A DNA stretch of 64,000 nt, from the NCBI GenBank assembly GCA_963823665.1, contig CAWGMQ010000004.1, forward strand, positions 256,001-320,000, in the 5' to 3' direction. Positions within the stretch are counted from its first letter, which is position 1, and the number at the start of each line of letters is the position of its first letter. The translations under genes were made by a program, and so were the position numbers. Origin of the DNA: an uncultured Planctomycetota bacterium. Its GTDB lineage: Bacteria; Planctomycetota; Planctomycetia; Isosphaerales; Isosphaeraceae. Positions 42,801-54,876 of this stretch are shown here, one piece after another. The notes below the pieces were generated by a model. That model worked only from the letters and a program-made list of their open reading frames with translations. It was not told where the DNA came from and made no database searches.

Positions 42801-44577
42801 CTGCGGAAGCACGATCCGGCAATCGAACAGCGGTTATGGCCCTTGCTGGACGATGCCAAAGCCGACAAGGAGCCACGCTTTCGCGCGGCCTGTGCTCTGG
42901 CCAACGCCGATTCCGCCCAGATTAAGAACCGCTGGGACAGCGCCTCTTCGTTCATCACCGACCAGTTCCTCGCAGCCGCGATCAAGAATCCCAGTGATTA
43001 CGCGACGCTGATCGAGACCCTGCGACCCGTCCGGAAGGCTCTGCTCTCTCCCCTGCGCGCGTCTTCCGGGACGCCGGCCGATTCGAGAGTGAACGAACCT
43101 TTGCCACCACCATCCTGATTGACTACGCCAGCGACGATCCCCCTCTGCTGGCCGACCTGCTCATGGAGGCCGGCCCGAAGGCGTATGCCAGCCTCTTTCC
43201 GGTCGCCCAGCAGCAGGCGGCCGGAGTGCTGCCGGTGCTCCAGGCGGAGATCGCCAAGAGCTCATCGAGCGTGAACGAAGAGGGATCGGAAGAGGCCAAG
43301 GACCGGCTGGCCCAGCGGCAGGCGCGGGCCGCCATCGCCTTGGTCCGGCTGGCCAATGCCGATCTAGTCTGGCGCTTGTTGCGGCATAGCGCCGATCCCC
43401 GGCTGCGGAGCTTCATTATCCACTGGCTCAATCCCCTGGGAGCCGACCCGAAAGCGATCGTGGCCGAGCTCGATCGGCTGTCTTCACCCGCCACCCATCA
43501 CCCGCCACCCAGCCGATGGACACGATCCTCTTTCTTCCCGAAACCTCGGAGCGGCGGGCGCTGATCCTCGCGCTCGGGACATTCGGCACGGCGGGATTCT
43601 CCCCCGGCGACCGCCAGCCCCTGATTCCCAAGCTGCTCGACCTCTATCGCAACGACCCCGACGCCGGCATCCACAGCTCAGCCGAATGGGTCCTGCGCCA
43701 GTGGAAGCAAGAGGACACGTGGGAGGCAGCCGATGCCGAGCTGAGCCAGCTCAAGGATCCGGGGCGGCGGCGCTGGTTCGTCAATAGCCGGCGACAGACC
43801 TTCGTCAAAATCGAAGGCCCGGTCGAGTTCCGCATGGGCTCACCCGAGAATGAGCCAGATCGGTTTTACAGCGAAACGCTTGATCGCCGGGTCATCTCCC
43901 ACCGCTTTGCCATCGCGACCAAGGAGGTGACCGTCGAGCAATATCAAGAGTTCGTCAAGACGAACCCCGGGGTCGATCATGCCCGGAACGACCAGCACAG
44001 TCCCGATCCGAAAGGCCCCATGAATCAAGTGAGCTGGTATCATGCCGCGGCCTACTGCAACTGGCTCAGCGAGGAGGAGGGCCTGCCCAAGGACGAGTGG
44101 TGCTATCTGCCCAACGAGCAGATGAAGTACGACAGGGGGATGAAGATCCCCGCCGATTTTTGGCAGCGCACGGGTTACCGCTTGCCAAGCGAGGTGGAAT
44201 GGGAATATGCGAGCCGCGCTGGGGCTGTGACCAGCCGGCATTATGGCCTCTCGGTCGCTTTGCTGGAGCAGTATGAACGGTATGACGCCAACAGCCACCG
44301 CCATGCCTGGCCTTGTGGAAGCCTGATGCCCAACGATCTGGGCTTATTCGACACGCTTGGGAACGTGTGTGAATGGTGTCAGGATCGTTCCACGAGCCCC
44401 GGGCCAGGGAAGGTTGCGTCGCCTATGAGCGATATCATCAATGAGGACCCTCGTATTGTTCGGGGCGGGGCGTTCCTCTTTCCCCCGACGTACTTCCGCT
44501 CGGCCTTCCGGGCCTGGTTCGCGCCGTCGCCCCTCAGCCCCACCTACGGTTTCCGCATCGCCAGGGCTTACAACTGA
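39830..44577 (+). CDS. Ser/Thr kinase - nSTAND-type NTPase - TM - helical repeat - FGE-sulfatase (SUMF1) protein, with about 3 frameshifts
   Basis: LGRGGFG, HRDIKPAN, GDFG, GTPAYMSPE; GPSGCGKS and LVLDQFEQ; EFRMGSP, KEVTVEQY, GYRLPSEVEWEYA, PNDLGLFDTLGNVCEW, GFRIAR; spans ORFs 39800, 42105, 43163 and 43516. Confidence 0.88.
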
Positions 44578-44586
44578 ACATCGATT

Positions 44587-45745
44587 TCAATACTGATCGG
44601 AGCTGATGACCTCGCCGCCGTTGATCGATCCGAGCTGGATCCAGGTCGGCCCGTTGATCGAGTTCTTGATGAAGTGGACGGAGCCGTCGCCAAAGAGGCA
44701 CTCGACCCCACCGGGGTGGCGGGACCGCGTTGCCGCGTACGAGCCCGAATCGTTTGCCTGGTCGTTGCGGCCCAGCATCTGGGCGGGCTGGCTGTCGCAG
44801 AGGGAGCCGGGATTGGGGGGGCTGGAGCCCGGCCTCGAAGGACCACCGACCGTGCCGATGTTGTCGTAGTTGTCGAGGGCCAGGGCCCCGCTGATGCCCG
44901 CCAAGGCGCCAGGGTTGTAGAGGGACAGCCAGATGGGCAGAAGGTCCTGGTATCCGTTGGGGGCGAACCGCGTCATATAGGAACCAGCACCTGCGTGGCA
45001 GTCCCAGATCGTCCCGCGGAGGTCGTCGGACGCTCCTTGCAACAGCTCCGCAGCGACGTGCGTATTGCTGGTCCCATCCGTGAACGAGGCCGATCGGATC
45101 GTGATGGGCCCCAGGCCGGTTGGGCCGATGCCAAATGGCGACTGCACGAACAGGTTGCGGGTCAAGACCGGACTGAGAACGCCCTGGCCAAAATCCAGGT
45201 TTCCCCAGTTGACGCCGTAATTCCCCTTCGACGCCATCCAAGGATAGGCAGGGACGAACCCGCCGGTGGCCTTGCTCAAGGCCGCAAAGCTGAAGCTCTG
45301 GATGTTATCGCTGGGGCATTGGAAGGAGGCGATCCTCGACGTCATGACCGTGCTGTTGATGACATAGCCGAGTGCGGCAGGCCCTATGATGCCGATCGAG
45401 GCGTTGAAGGCGTTGTAGAGCGGCGCCTGCTCGAGATACGGCAGCATCAGGACGAACCACGGCGTGTTCTGGCAGTTCGCGCCGTAGGGCGACGTTGCAG
45501 ATCGCACCAGGCATGCCGCTAACACCATTGACTGCGTAGACCACGCCAATCGGCAGGCAGTTATTTGCCGACTCGTAATTGGCGAGGGCCAGACCGAGCT
45601 GTTTCAGGTTGTTGGCGCACTGCGAGCGCCGCGCCGCCTCCCGTGCGGCCTGCACCGCGGGCAAGAGCAATGCAATCAGAATCGAGATGATCGCGATGAC
45701 GACCAAGAGCTCGATGAGTGTAAAACCACAACGTCGTTTCGACAT
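44587..45745 (-). CDS. Second DUF1559 prepilin-like protein (frameshift near 45490)
   Basis: [14 protein letters not shown]...[41 protein letters not shown]. Confidence 0.9.
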
Positions 45746-45763
45746 AGCCGCGCTCACTCGTTT

Positions 45764-46339
45764 TCAGGAATTCGCGGAATCGTCCCGGTCTTTGAGCTCG
45801 GCATAGAGCCAGGTGCGGGCGTAAGTCCAGTGGCGCTCGGCAGTTGCCAGCGAAATCTTGAGGACCTGGGCGATCTCGGGCATGGTGAGGCCGGCGAAGA
45901 AGCGGAGCTTGACCAGCTCGGCCTTGTCAGCGTCTTCCGCCGCCAGCTTGGTGAGGGCCTCGTCGAGGGCTTCGAGGTCTACGGATGGTCCCTTCGCCAG
46001 GAAACCGACTGCGTCCAGGTCGACACGCAAGCGAGCGCCACCGTGCTTGACACGTTTCTTGCGGCGAGCCTTCTCGACCAGGATCCGGCGCATCGCCTCG
46101 GCGGCCGCGGAGAAGAAGTGACCGCGGCCGTCCCACTGTTTGTCGTGACCTTCGCCGACGAGCCTGAGATAGGCCTCGTGGACCAGGTCGGACGATTGGA
46201 GGGACAGCCCCGGGGCCTCAAGGGCGAGCCGCTGGGTGGCCATCTCTCGCAGTTTCTTGTAGACCAGGGGAAGGAGCTTCGAGGCAGCCCCCGGATCGCC
46301 TTGCTCGATTGCTGAAAGGATTGTTGTGACTTCGCTCAT
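45764..46339 (-). CDS. ECF-type sigma factor, TIGR02999/Sigma70_ECF family
   Basis: MSEVTTILSAIEQGD...LLPLVY...LVHEAYLRL...FFSAAAEAMRRILVEKAR...LRFFAGL...YARTWL. Confidence 0.93.
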   Translation of the reverse strand: MSEVTTILSAIEQGDPGAASKLLPLVYKKLREMATQRLALEAPGLSLQSSDLVHEAYLRLVGEGHDKQWDGRGHFFSAAAEAMRRILVEKARRKKRVKHGGARLRVDLDAVGFLAKGPSVDLEALDEALTKLAAEDADKAELVKLRFFAGLTMPEIAQVLKISLATAERHWTYARTWLYAELKDRDDSANS

Positions 46340-46454
46340 TGCCCGGGCATCACCAGAACGCCAAGACCCACCTCGGATTCGAGCGCCATCGATCGGATCT
46401 TCCCGCGTCCTTCGCCGACCACGTCCGGATTTGGGAGGCAATGTAGCGTAACGC

Positions 46455-46485
46455 CCGCGGTGCCGAACAGCAAGTGGCACCGCGG
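46455..46485. terminator. 10-bp perfect stem hairpin just past the stop of the upstream ECF gene (possible terminator)
   Basis: CCGCGGTGCC-N11-GGCACCGCGG; no clear U-tract. Confidence 0.35.
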
Positions 46486-46496
46486 TTCGACTTCAT

Positions 46497-49401
46497 TTAG
46501 CGGCGGCGAAGAACAATGTCGCCGAGATCGATGGGCTTCGCGTCCTTGACGGTGATGCTCTGGTCGGCTGACTGGCCGCCGTTGGAATCATAGGCGAAGT
46601 ACCGGCAAGGCGCGCCGACCAGCAGCCCAGGCGCGAGGAAGCGACCGTCTTGATCGGTCATGGCCGTCTGTCCGGCACCGGCGGGGCCTTGGCCGCCTCC
46701 CGGCAGGTTAACATGAACCCCATAGCTCCCAAAGGCGACGCGCACGTTTGCGAGGGGGTTTCCCCCCGCATCGATGACCCGGCCGCGTGCAACGGCCGAC
46801 GGACGTGCGACAATGGAGAGTTCGCCGTCATCGTCTGCGTCGATTGTCGTGTAGCCAGCGAGATTCCCCGCAGGATCGCGGGCGTAGACCAAGGCCGCGC
46901 CGAACGGACGGGGTAGTGCAAATCGACCTTCGCCATCCGCGCTCCCGTGAGTCGGCGGGATCCGGTCCCCGATCGGCTCGGCAACGATCATCGCGCCCGC
47001 GATCGGACGACCATCGGCTTTCTCCGCGCGAACGATGCCCCGCAGCATTCGCAGCGGACGAACCAGACGGGCAACCTGAAAGTCTTTCCGGAAATTCTGT
47101 GAGTCACCAACCTTGATTCGCTCGCTCTTCGCATTAACGCCCGGCTCACTCGGCCCGCTGAGATGATACTCTCCGGGCCCGACGCGAAACGCGTAGCGGC
47201 CGTCCGAATCGGTGTCGGCGACGCGGGTGGCTCCATCACTCAAATCCGCGGGCTGATCGATCAAAGCTCCCTTGGGAACGGCTGGCCCCTTCTCGAAGAG
47301 CATCACCGTCACGCCGGCCGCGGGCTGCGCCGCGCGACCGGCCGTCACGCGTCCGTGAATCAGGCTGCCTGGCTCCAGACGTAAGTCGACGACGGGCGCA
47401 GCCAGTTCCTCGCGGACGACCACCCCGGTGCGGCTCTTCGCAGCCCATTCCGGGTCGTTCACATAGACCGTGTACGACTGGTTCGGCGGAAGCGCCATCT
47501 TGTAAGAACCGTCGGCACCCGTGCGCGCTCGGCTCGTGCCGGCTGGATACGCGGGGCCGACGCCATCGGCGGCGACCAGGATGCCCTCGCCCGGCGAGCC
47601 ATCCGGCCGCGTCACCTTCCCCGAGACCGGCGTGAACCGCAGTACCGTGGCCGTCAGCTCGCGATCGAGCTTTCCTTCCTCGAGCATGGGCCACTTCGGC
47701 ATGGAGTACGACGTCGTCGCCAGAGCGAAGCTCGCGCCGGGTTGAACGTCAATCGGGAACCAATCAAACGTGGCGACACCATGCTCGTCGGTGCGAACTC
47801 TGGCTGACGACCCGCACAGGTTAACGTCATGGAGCTTGCCCCGCTTTTGGACAATCAACGCCACGAAGTCGACCCCGGGCACCGGCTTGCCGGCGGAGTC
47901 TGTAGCCCGGACACGCACGGTGCGCGCGCCGTTCAGAACGAGTAGCGCACTCTCCGGTGGCGGCGAGAAGTTCGGCGGCACGCTCCGGTAATTCTCGAAA
48001 TAATCAAGCCCGACGCCCGATTTGTAACCAATGATCCATTGCGTGAGCGCGTCTACCGGCGCGGAGCGAAACCCTCCCGGCAGAATCGGTGCGACCGAGG
48101 GCGACGGGAAAAATCACGTCCAGCACAGACACAGCCGCGCCTTCGACCTTTTCCCCGCGCCCATCGACCACGGTAACCGTGACCACGCGAGCCGGCTTGA
48201 GCACGATCCGGGCGAGCGTCCGCGGGTCTTTCGGACCTGTCGTCAGGTCGTCGAACCGAAAGATTCCCTGGCGAGCGCCTCCATCGGCGGTCGCGAGGAA
48301 CGACAGGTTCGCCAGCCTGGGCTCGTCGTTCGGAATCGCAAAGGTCCCATCCGCTTTGGAGTTCACAACCGGCGACTCGAGTGTCCAGAGCGAAGTGACG
48401 CGTGCGCCGCCTACGGGACGGCCGGTCGTGTCGACAATCAACCCCCTGATCCACGGGCCGACGCGGGCCGGGGCCGCATCGGCTGCCTTCCCCACCTCGA
48501 GCCTGGCCCGCGCGGGTGCAGTCTGGCGCATTGCAGCAATAACACTGCCTGCCTCCACAAACGCGACGACGAGGACTGCTGCCGCCATCACTCCCGCCGC
48601 GGCGATCTTCAATCGTCCGATGAACATCATCGTGAGCGTTCCTTGTGTCAAAACCGCGACGGCGGCCGAGGCGACCGCCCCGACTTCCTTGCCCCCGGCC
48701 AACCCGGAAGCCGCCCTCACCGTCGCCTCCAGCCACGCTTCCGACGCCGGGTGGGCGGCGAAGCCGGTCCCAAGAAATCCCATCGCAGGATCCACATTCC
48801 GTCGAACCAGCCGCGCGCGCAACCGCTCCCGGCCCTGCGCCAGCCGCCGCTGAAGCGTTCGAACCGGCACTCCGAGCTGCCCTGCCGCCTGCTCGTTGCT
48901 CAACCCTTCAAGGTGGCACAGCACGATCGAAGCCCGATACCGCTCCGGCAGCCGGTTCAGCTCCTCGTGAAGCTCCGGCAGAAAGCTCGCGGGGCCAATC
49001 TCGTCGGATCGCGCTTTCATCTCGCCCCCTCGACGTTCAATCGCACGCAGCCGGGCCGCCTGGCCCTTCGACCTGGCTGCCACCCGCATGGCCACTCCAA
49101 AGAGCCAGCTCGCCAGCGAATCAACCCGCCGGACCGAGCCACCGTTCTTTGCCAGGATTAGAAAAGTCGCCTGAGCGGCGTCTTCCGCATCATGATGGTT
49201 GCGCAGCACGTCCCGGCAAACACCCAGAACCATTGGCCCGTGCCGCTCCGCTAGCACCGCAAACGCCGACGACGAATCGGCATCGCCGCGGCCGGCGAGA
49301 AACCGCTCCAGAAGCACGCCGTCCGGAAGCGAGCCGATCGCCCCGGCCGTCAGCACGGTCTGAAGCTGCTTCAATGTCGCGCCGCGGCCCCCGCCCTGCA
49401 T
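46497..49401 (-). CDS. Membrane-anchored ECF sigma factor with C-terminal carboxypeptidase-regulatory-like repeats (frameshift near 48065)
   Basis: HGPMVLGVCRDVL...AEDAAQATFLIL; LPERYRASIVLCHLEG; TM; GxVxDxxGxPV and TDxDGRY/F repeats. Confidence 0.85.
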
Positions 49402-49494
49402 CTCGCGTGGACTCCGAAGTGAGTGTGTCATCCTCTTTCCTGATGGTGACAGACTTGATCAAACCACCGCCAACTTATTTTGACGAGCCGCAAT

Positions 49495-52390
49495 TCAGCG
49501 CGGGTGCGTGATCATGTCCCCGAGGTCGATCGCCTTCGTGTCGACCACATCAATGCGCTTTCTCGGCGCAACGCCGTGGCCGAGCTTCGGGTCGACGGCG
49601 TATACCTCGCAGCGCGTGCCGGGCGGAAGGCCGGCGACCGTGAAGCGACCCTGGGAATCACTCATCACCCACTGCGCTGTGAATTCGAAGTCGTCGCTGG
49701 CCGGAACGCCTGGCAACACCGCGAGCACCACGCGTGCATAGCTCCACGGAACTCCCGCTCTGTCAACCAGGCGTCCATGAGCGATCGCGGACGGACGGAC
49801 GACGACGGTTGCCTCGCCGGTCTGGCCCTCTCCCTGGACGGTGAACCCGGCGAGATTTCCCTCGGAATTGCGTGCGTACACCAGGAGTTTTCCAGACGGC
49901 CGAGGAAGCTCGAACCGGCCATCGCTACCCGCGAACGCCTCCGACGCAGGGCCTTCTCCGTCGACCTGCGCCACACCGACGATCGCGCGGGCGATCGTCG
50001 GTCCGTCGCGGCCACCCGAACGTACCACCCCGCGAAACGTTCTCGTCTTCGCTGGGGCCTGATCAATCCGCAAATCACGCTCGATTTCTTGCCCGGCGCC
50101 CGCGTGGAGATTTTCCGGTACGGCCCTCGCACCGCGAGCAAATGCCTCTCTAAGCGAGTACCACCCTGGCTCAACGAGGAAGGCATACCGTCCGTCCTGA
50201 TCGGTTTCGACCGTGGGGGGGCGCGCGTTCCTGAGCGCCAGCAGCGGCTCCAGGCCGACGGGCCGAACGTCCAGGTCCGACGCGAAGATGCGCACGACAG
50301 CCCCGGCCGCCGGCTGGGGCGGCTCACCGAAGGTAACGCGACCCCGGATGATGGCACCCTTCTCGAGGCGCAGGTTAACGTCCGTTGCAGGCTTCCCCTC
50401 GAGAAGCTCGACGACGTTCCGGCTTCGCGCGACCAGCCCGTCGTGGGCAACGTATAATGCATAAGGCCGGTCAGCGGGCAGATCCATGGTGTATGAACCG
50501 TCGGCGCCGGTCCGGGCTTGACCGGCGCTCGGCGGAAACGAGAAGACCAAACACTCAGCAGTAACGGGAATGCCCGCCGCAGGCGAGCCATCGGGCCGCG
50601 TGATCCTGCCCGAAAGCCGCGTGGCCCGCAGCACGTGCGCTGTCAGCTCCTCAGCCGGCGCGGCGGGGTCGAGGATGGGCCAGCGCAAGGCGGAATATCC
50701 CGGTGCGTCGACGATGAAGGTTGTCCGCGCCTGGATCGCCGCCGGCAGCCAATCGAACGTCGCGATCCCGTCGGCGTCGGTGCGGGCCCTTGCCGGAGAA
50801 TCCCATACGTTCACCGCGCTGAGCTTACCGGCCTTGTGTATGCCCGGCGGCAAGACATCAACGTCGCGCACGGGACGATTGCTCGAATCAACGACCCTCA
50901 CCCGGACGGTCCGCGCGCCATTCAGCGAGAGCTTGACCCGCTCCGGCAGCGCAGACCAGTCGAGCGGCAGGAACAGATAGTTCTCGAAGTAGTCGAACCC
51001 GACTCCCGGCTTGTACGCAAAGATCCAGTGCACGATCGCGTCTTCCGGCGCGCGAACTGTCACCACGCCGCGAGCATCCGTCAGGCCGTCGTCAACTGCG
51101 GATGCCACGTCGAGTGGAACGACGTGCGCGCCTTCGACCGCCACGCCTCGTGCGTCGACCACCGAGACCGTGATTTCATGTGCGGGCTTGAGCACGATCC
51201 GGGCCAGCGTACGCGGGTCCTGGCGCACGCCCAGTCGATCGTAGAACCGAAAGGTCCCCTGCCGTGCACCACCGTCGGCGGTCGCCCGCAGCGACGCGTA
51301 GCGCGCCGGAGTTCGATCGCTCCAGATGGCAAATGTCCCATCGGCCTTGGCCGTGACGACACGCGGCTGGCTCCCCGCGTTAGACTTGATTCGCGCACCT
51401 CCCACGGGCTGCCCGGCCGTGTCAACGACGATCCCTTTGATCCAGAGGCCGACGCCGAGCCCAGCCGGCTCCGCTGGCAGTCGGGGAACCGGTCTGCACT
51501 GGGATTGCCGAATCAGGACGCCTGGCCCCAACGGCGCTGGCTGCGCCAGCGACGGCCAAAACAACGGCTGCCGCAGCCAAGCTCGCCGCCACAAGCTTGA
51601 GGTGATCGATCAGTGCCGTTGCCGCCACGCCTTTCGCCAAGCTTGCGACCGCGGGCGAGGCCGCCGCCGCGAGCTGTTGCCCCGCAGCGAGCGCCGCCGC
51701 CGCGCGAACGGTTGCGTCAAACCACAAGTCCGGCGTCAGGTGCATCGCGATCCCTGATCCAACCAAAGCAAACGCGCCATCCGGATCTCGGCCCACCAAC
51801 CGCGCCCGCAGCCGCTCGCGACCATGCTCCAACCGCCGCTGAACAGTTCGAACCGACAAACCAAGCTGGCCCGCGGCCTGCTCGCTGCTCAATCCTTCGA
51901 GGTGACATAAGACAATCGGCGCCCGATATCGTTGTGGAAGCCGTCCCAGCTCGTCATGGAGCTCGCACGAGAAATCTGACGCTTGAGCGCATTGGTAGGG
52001 AGGTTTCATTTCGCAAGCTCGAAACTCAATCGCACGCAGCCGGACCGCCTGGGCCCTCGACTTGGCCGCGACTCTCAGCGCGACGCCGAAGAGCCAGCTC
52101 GCCAGCGAGTCAATCCGCCGGATCGAGCCGCCATGCTTGGCCAGGATCAAAAACGTCGCCTGAGCGGCATCTTCGGCGTCATGGTGGTTGCGCAGCACGT
52201 CCCTGCAAACGCCCAGAACCATCGGCCCATGCCGCTGCACCAGCACCGCGAACGCTGCCGAGGAATCGGTATCTCCGCGGCCGGACAGGAAGCGGTCCAG
52301 GAGCACCCCGTCCGGCAGCGATCCAATCGCACCCGCCGTGAGCACGGTTTCCAACTGTCGCAGCGCAACGCCCCGATGTTCGCTCCCCAT
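49495..52390 (-). CDS. Tandem paralogous membrane-anchored ECF sigma with carboxypeptidase-regulatory-like repeats (frameshift near 51480)
   Basis: Sigma part nearly identical to the 49401 gene; same repeat architecture; ends IDLGD. Confidence 0.85.
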
Positions 52391-52481
52391 CACGCAAAGG
52401 CCCCCCCGACGACAACGGTCTATACCCTTGTAGTACCGGCGCCCGGGGACTCACCGCCAACTATTTCAGAAAAATCTCCGC

Positions 52482-52907
52482 TCAGGGCTTGGAAGCGGAA
52501 TCAAACGACCCCGCCGCCACCGCCAGCGCCACCCAGGCAGCAATCATGGCGACTCCACCGATCGGCGTGATCGCCCCCAGCCAGCGCACGCCGGTGACTG
52601 CGAGGATATACAGACTTCCCGAAAAGATGAGTGAGCCAATCACGAAGAGCCATCCCGCCGCCTGAAGCGCCGCGCCGCCCCGGCCAAATTGGGCCAAGAT
52701 TCCCACCGCCAGGATGGCCAGCGCGCAATACATGTGGTATTGCGCGGCCGTGTTGAAGTTCGCCTTGAGTCGCTCGGCCGAAAGGCCGCCCGGCAGGCCT
52801 CCCAGCGCCGCAAACCGATCTTCGAGCCCGTGCGCTCCGAACGCGCCCATCGAAATCGCCAGAAACCCCCAGACGGCCCCCACGCGCAACCAGAATGCGG
52901 TACTCAT
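52482..52907 (-). CDS. DUF423 (YgdD/TMEM256) membrane protein
   Basis: GAFGAHGL, TAAQYHMY, IFSGSLYILA, LGAITPIGG. Confidence 0.92.
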   Translation of the reverse strand: MSTAFWLRVGAVWGFLAISMGAFGAHGLEDRFAALGGLPGGLSAERLKANFNTAAQYHMYCALAILAVGILAQFGRGGAALQAAGWLFVIGSLIFSGSLYILAVTGVRWLGAITPIGGVAMIAAWVALAVAAGSFDSASKP

Positions 52908-52972
52908 CGAAGTCTCTCGCAAGGATCTAGTAAGCCAGTTGGCTCGTCATTTCGATCGCCGGGTGACAGTTC

Positions 52973-54367
52973 TCAGGTCACCACCCGTGTGAACGACGGC
53001 GGGCGGGCGAGATCGAGCGCGATCGCCCGGGCCTCGGCTGCCAGGAAGAGCGAGCCGGTCACACAGATCAGACCGTCGGCATCCGTCAGCTCGCGCGCCA
53101 CCGCCAGCGCCCCGGCCGGCTCGGCCGCGATATGCGCCCTCCGCCCGCTTAGTGCCAGCATCTCCTCGGCGATCACTTCAGGCGGCACCGATCGCGGATT
53201 CTCCACGTAACGGGTCGCAATCAGTGTGTCGAAGCACGGCAGCAGCTCCTTGAGCTGGCCCGGCATGTCCTTGTCGCGCGTCGTGCCGAAGACCAGCGTC
53301 CGGCGCGACGGCGGAAAGCACGTTCGCAACGTGTCCGCCAGGGCGCTCGCCGAAGCCACATTGTGCGCACCGTCGATCACCAGCCAGGGTTTCTCGCCGA
53401 CCACCTCCACGCGCGCCGGCCACTGGAGCGCGGCGAATCCGCGCACAACGTCGTCGCGCGTGACGGCGAGGTCCGGCTCAACCTCCGCCAGCAGGTCGAG
53501 ACCCGCCAGCACGACCGCAACATTGTGCGCCTGGTGCGACCCGAGCAGCGGCAAGGTCAGTTCGCCCCAGTCCCGGCACCATGTTTGCACCTTCACGTGC
53601 CCGGCAGTGGGCCGCTCCAGTGGTGGCGCCGGCGGGATGTTCTCGTACCAGAAATCCGAATGTATTTCGCGAAGCAGGCAGCGGCGCTGGCGGGCCACGC
53701 GGCGGATCGCGACCCGCGCGTCGGCATCGCACGCGCCGCTGATTCCCGGTCGACCGCGTTTGAGAATCCCGGCCTTCTCGGTGGCAATCGACGCGAGGTG
53801 GTTACCCAGTTGGCGCGTGTGGTCGAACGAGATGCTCGTGATGATCGACAGCAGCGGCCGCACCACGTTCGTGGAATCGAGCCGCCCTCCCAGACCGACT
53901 TCAAGCACGACGGCCCCCACCCCGCGGCGGGCGAAATGCAGCAGGCCCATCGCCGTGGTGATCTCGAAAAACGTGGGACCGCGGTGACCAGACCCGCTGT
54001 CTTCCCGCTCGAGATGCTCGACCGCCTCTCGGGCCACATCCACCAGTTCGATCAGCTCGGCGGGCGAGGCCGGCTTGCCGTCAACGGTGAAGCGTTCTTC
54101 CAGGCGGTGTAAGTGCGGCGAGCAATAGAGCCCCGTTCGCACGCCCGAGGCGCCCATCGCCGCGGCGATCATCGCCGAAGTCGAGCCCTTACCCTTGGTG
54201 CCCGCCACGTGAATGATGCGCAGCCCCAGGTGAGGATCACCCATCAGCTTGAGCAGCCGCCGCATCCGCCCCAGCCGGAGCTGCCCCGACGATCGAGGCA
54301 TCCCCAGCCACTCATAATTCAACCGGCCATAAAGATAGCCGAGCCGTTCCTGATAATCGTCTTGCAT
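52973..54367 (-). CDS. folC: Bifunctional folylpolyglutamate synthase/dihydrofolate synthase
   Basis: IHVAGTKGKGST, SPHL, TFFEITT, LEVGLGGRLDSTNV, EKAGI, IDGAHN, TGSLFLA. Confidence 0.95.
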   Translation of the reverse strand: MQDDYQERLGYLYGRLNYEWLGMPRSSGQLRLGRMRRLLKLMGDPHLGLRIIHVAGTKGKGSTSAMIAAAMGASGVRTGLYCSPHLHRLEERFTVDGKPASPAELIELVDVAREAVEHLEREDSGSGHRGPTFFEITTAMGLLHFARRGVGAVVLEVGLGGRLDSTNVVRPLLSIITSISFDHTRQLGNHLASIATEKAGILKRGRPGISGACDADARVAIRRVARQRRCLLREIHSDFWYENIPPAPPLERPTAGHVKVQTWCRDWGELTLPLLGSHQAHNVAVVLAGLDLLAEVEPDLAVTRDDVVRGFAALQWPARVEVVGEKPWLVIDGAHNVASASALADTLRTCFPPSRRTLVFGTTRDKDMPGQLKELLPCFDTLIATRYVENPRSVPPEVIAEEMLALSGRRAHIAAEPAGALAVARELTDADGLICVTGSLFLAAEARAIALDLARPPSFTRVVT

Positions 54368-54551
54368 GGCGCGTCGGTCGAGCTCGGCTTTTTCAGGGAA
54401 TAGAAGACTCTGGAAGCGACAACAGCATAACCGGGAAGACGAGCGAACCGCCATGCCATGAATCCATCAGGCTCTGGTTTGCGGCGACGTTTACGCTCTG
54501 CGGTACGACCGTGCGGATCCCGCGAACGATCCGACGTGACCGCGACTCGCT

Positions 54552-54574
54552 GTAGCAGGCACACTCCGTGTGCC
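54552..54574 (+). repeat. GTAG REP-like hairpin (second family)
   Basis: GTAGCA-GGCACAC-TCC-GTGTGCC. Confidence 0.6.
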
Positions 54575-54876
54575 GTCCGCTCCTGATCTTAATCGTAATC
54601 CGAATCCGAATCCTTCTCCCGCCCTCCACGTTCGACCCTCCACCCTCGCCCACGAGTTCGTTTTGTAAATTCGTCGCGCGGCCTTACTCCACAAGGATTA
54701 GCGGAACAGCGCCGGTGAGTCCTGGTCGCTGCGATCCGTTCTCGTGGAACAGCGGTTTCAGCCCTCTGAGCATGGTGCTCGCACGATGAGAATCCGCGAT
54801 CAAACGTTCGATCTCCCGTCCCGAATCATTTCCGTGACCTCAAGTGCTCCGTCGTTCAAATTCTTATCTGACCCAT

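Noticed and set aside
26576..46339. Diversity-generating retroelement acting on the FGE domain or DUF1559 genes
   Set aside because: No reverse transcriptase, and no template/variable repeat pair with adenine-specific mismatches was seen in the window
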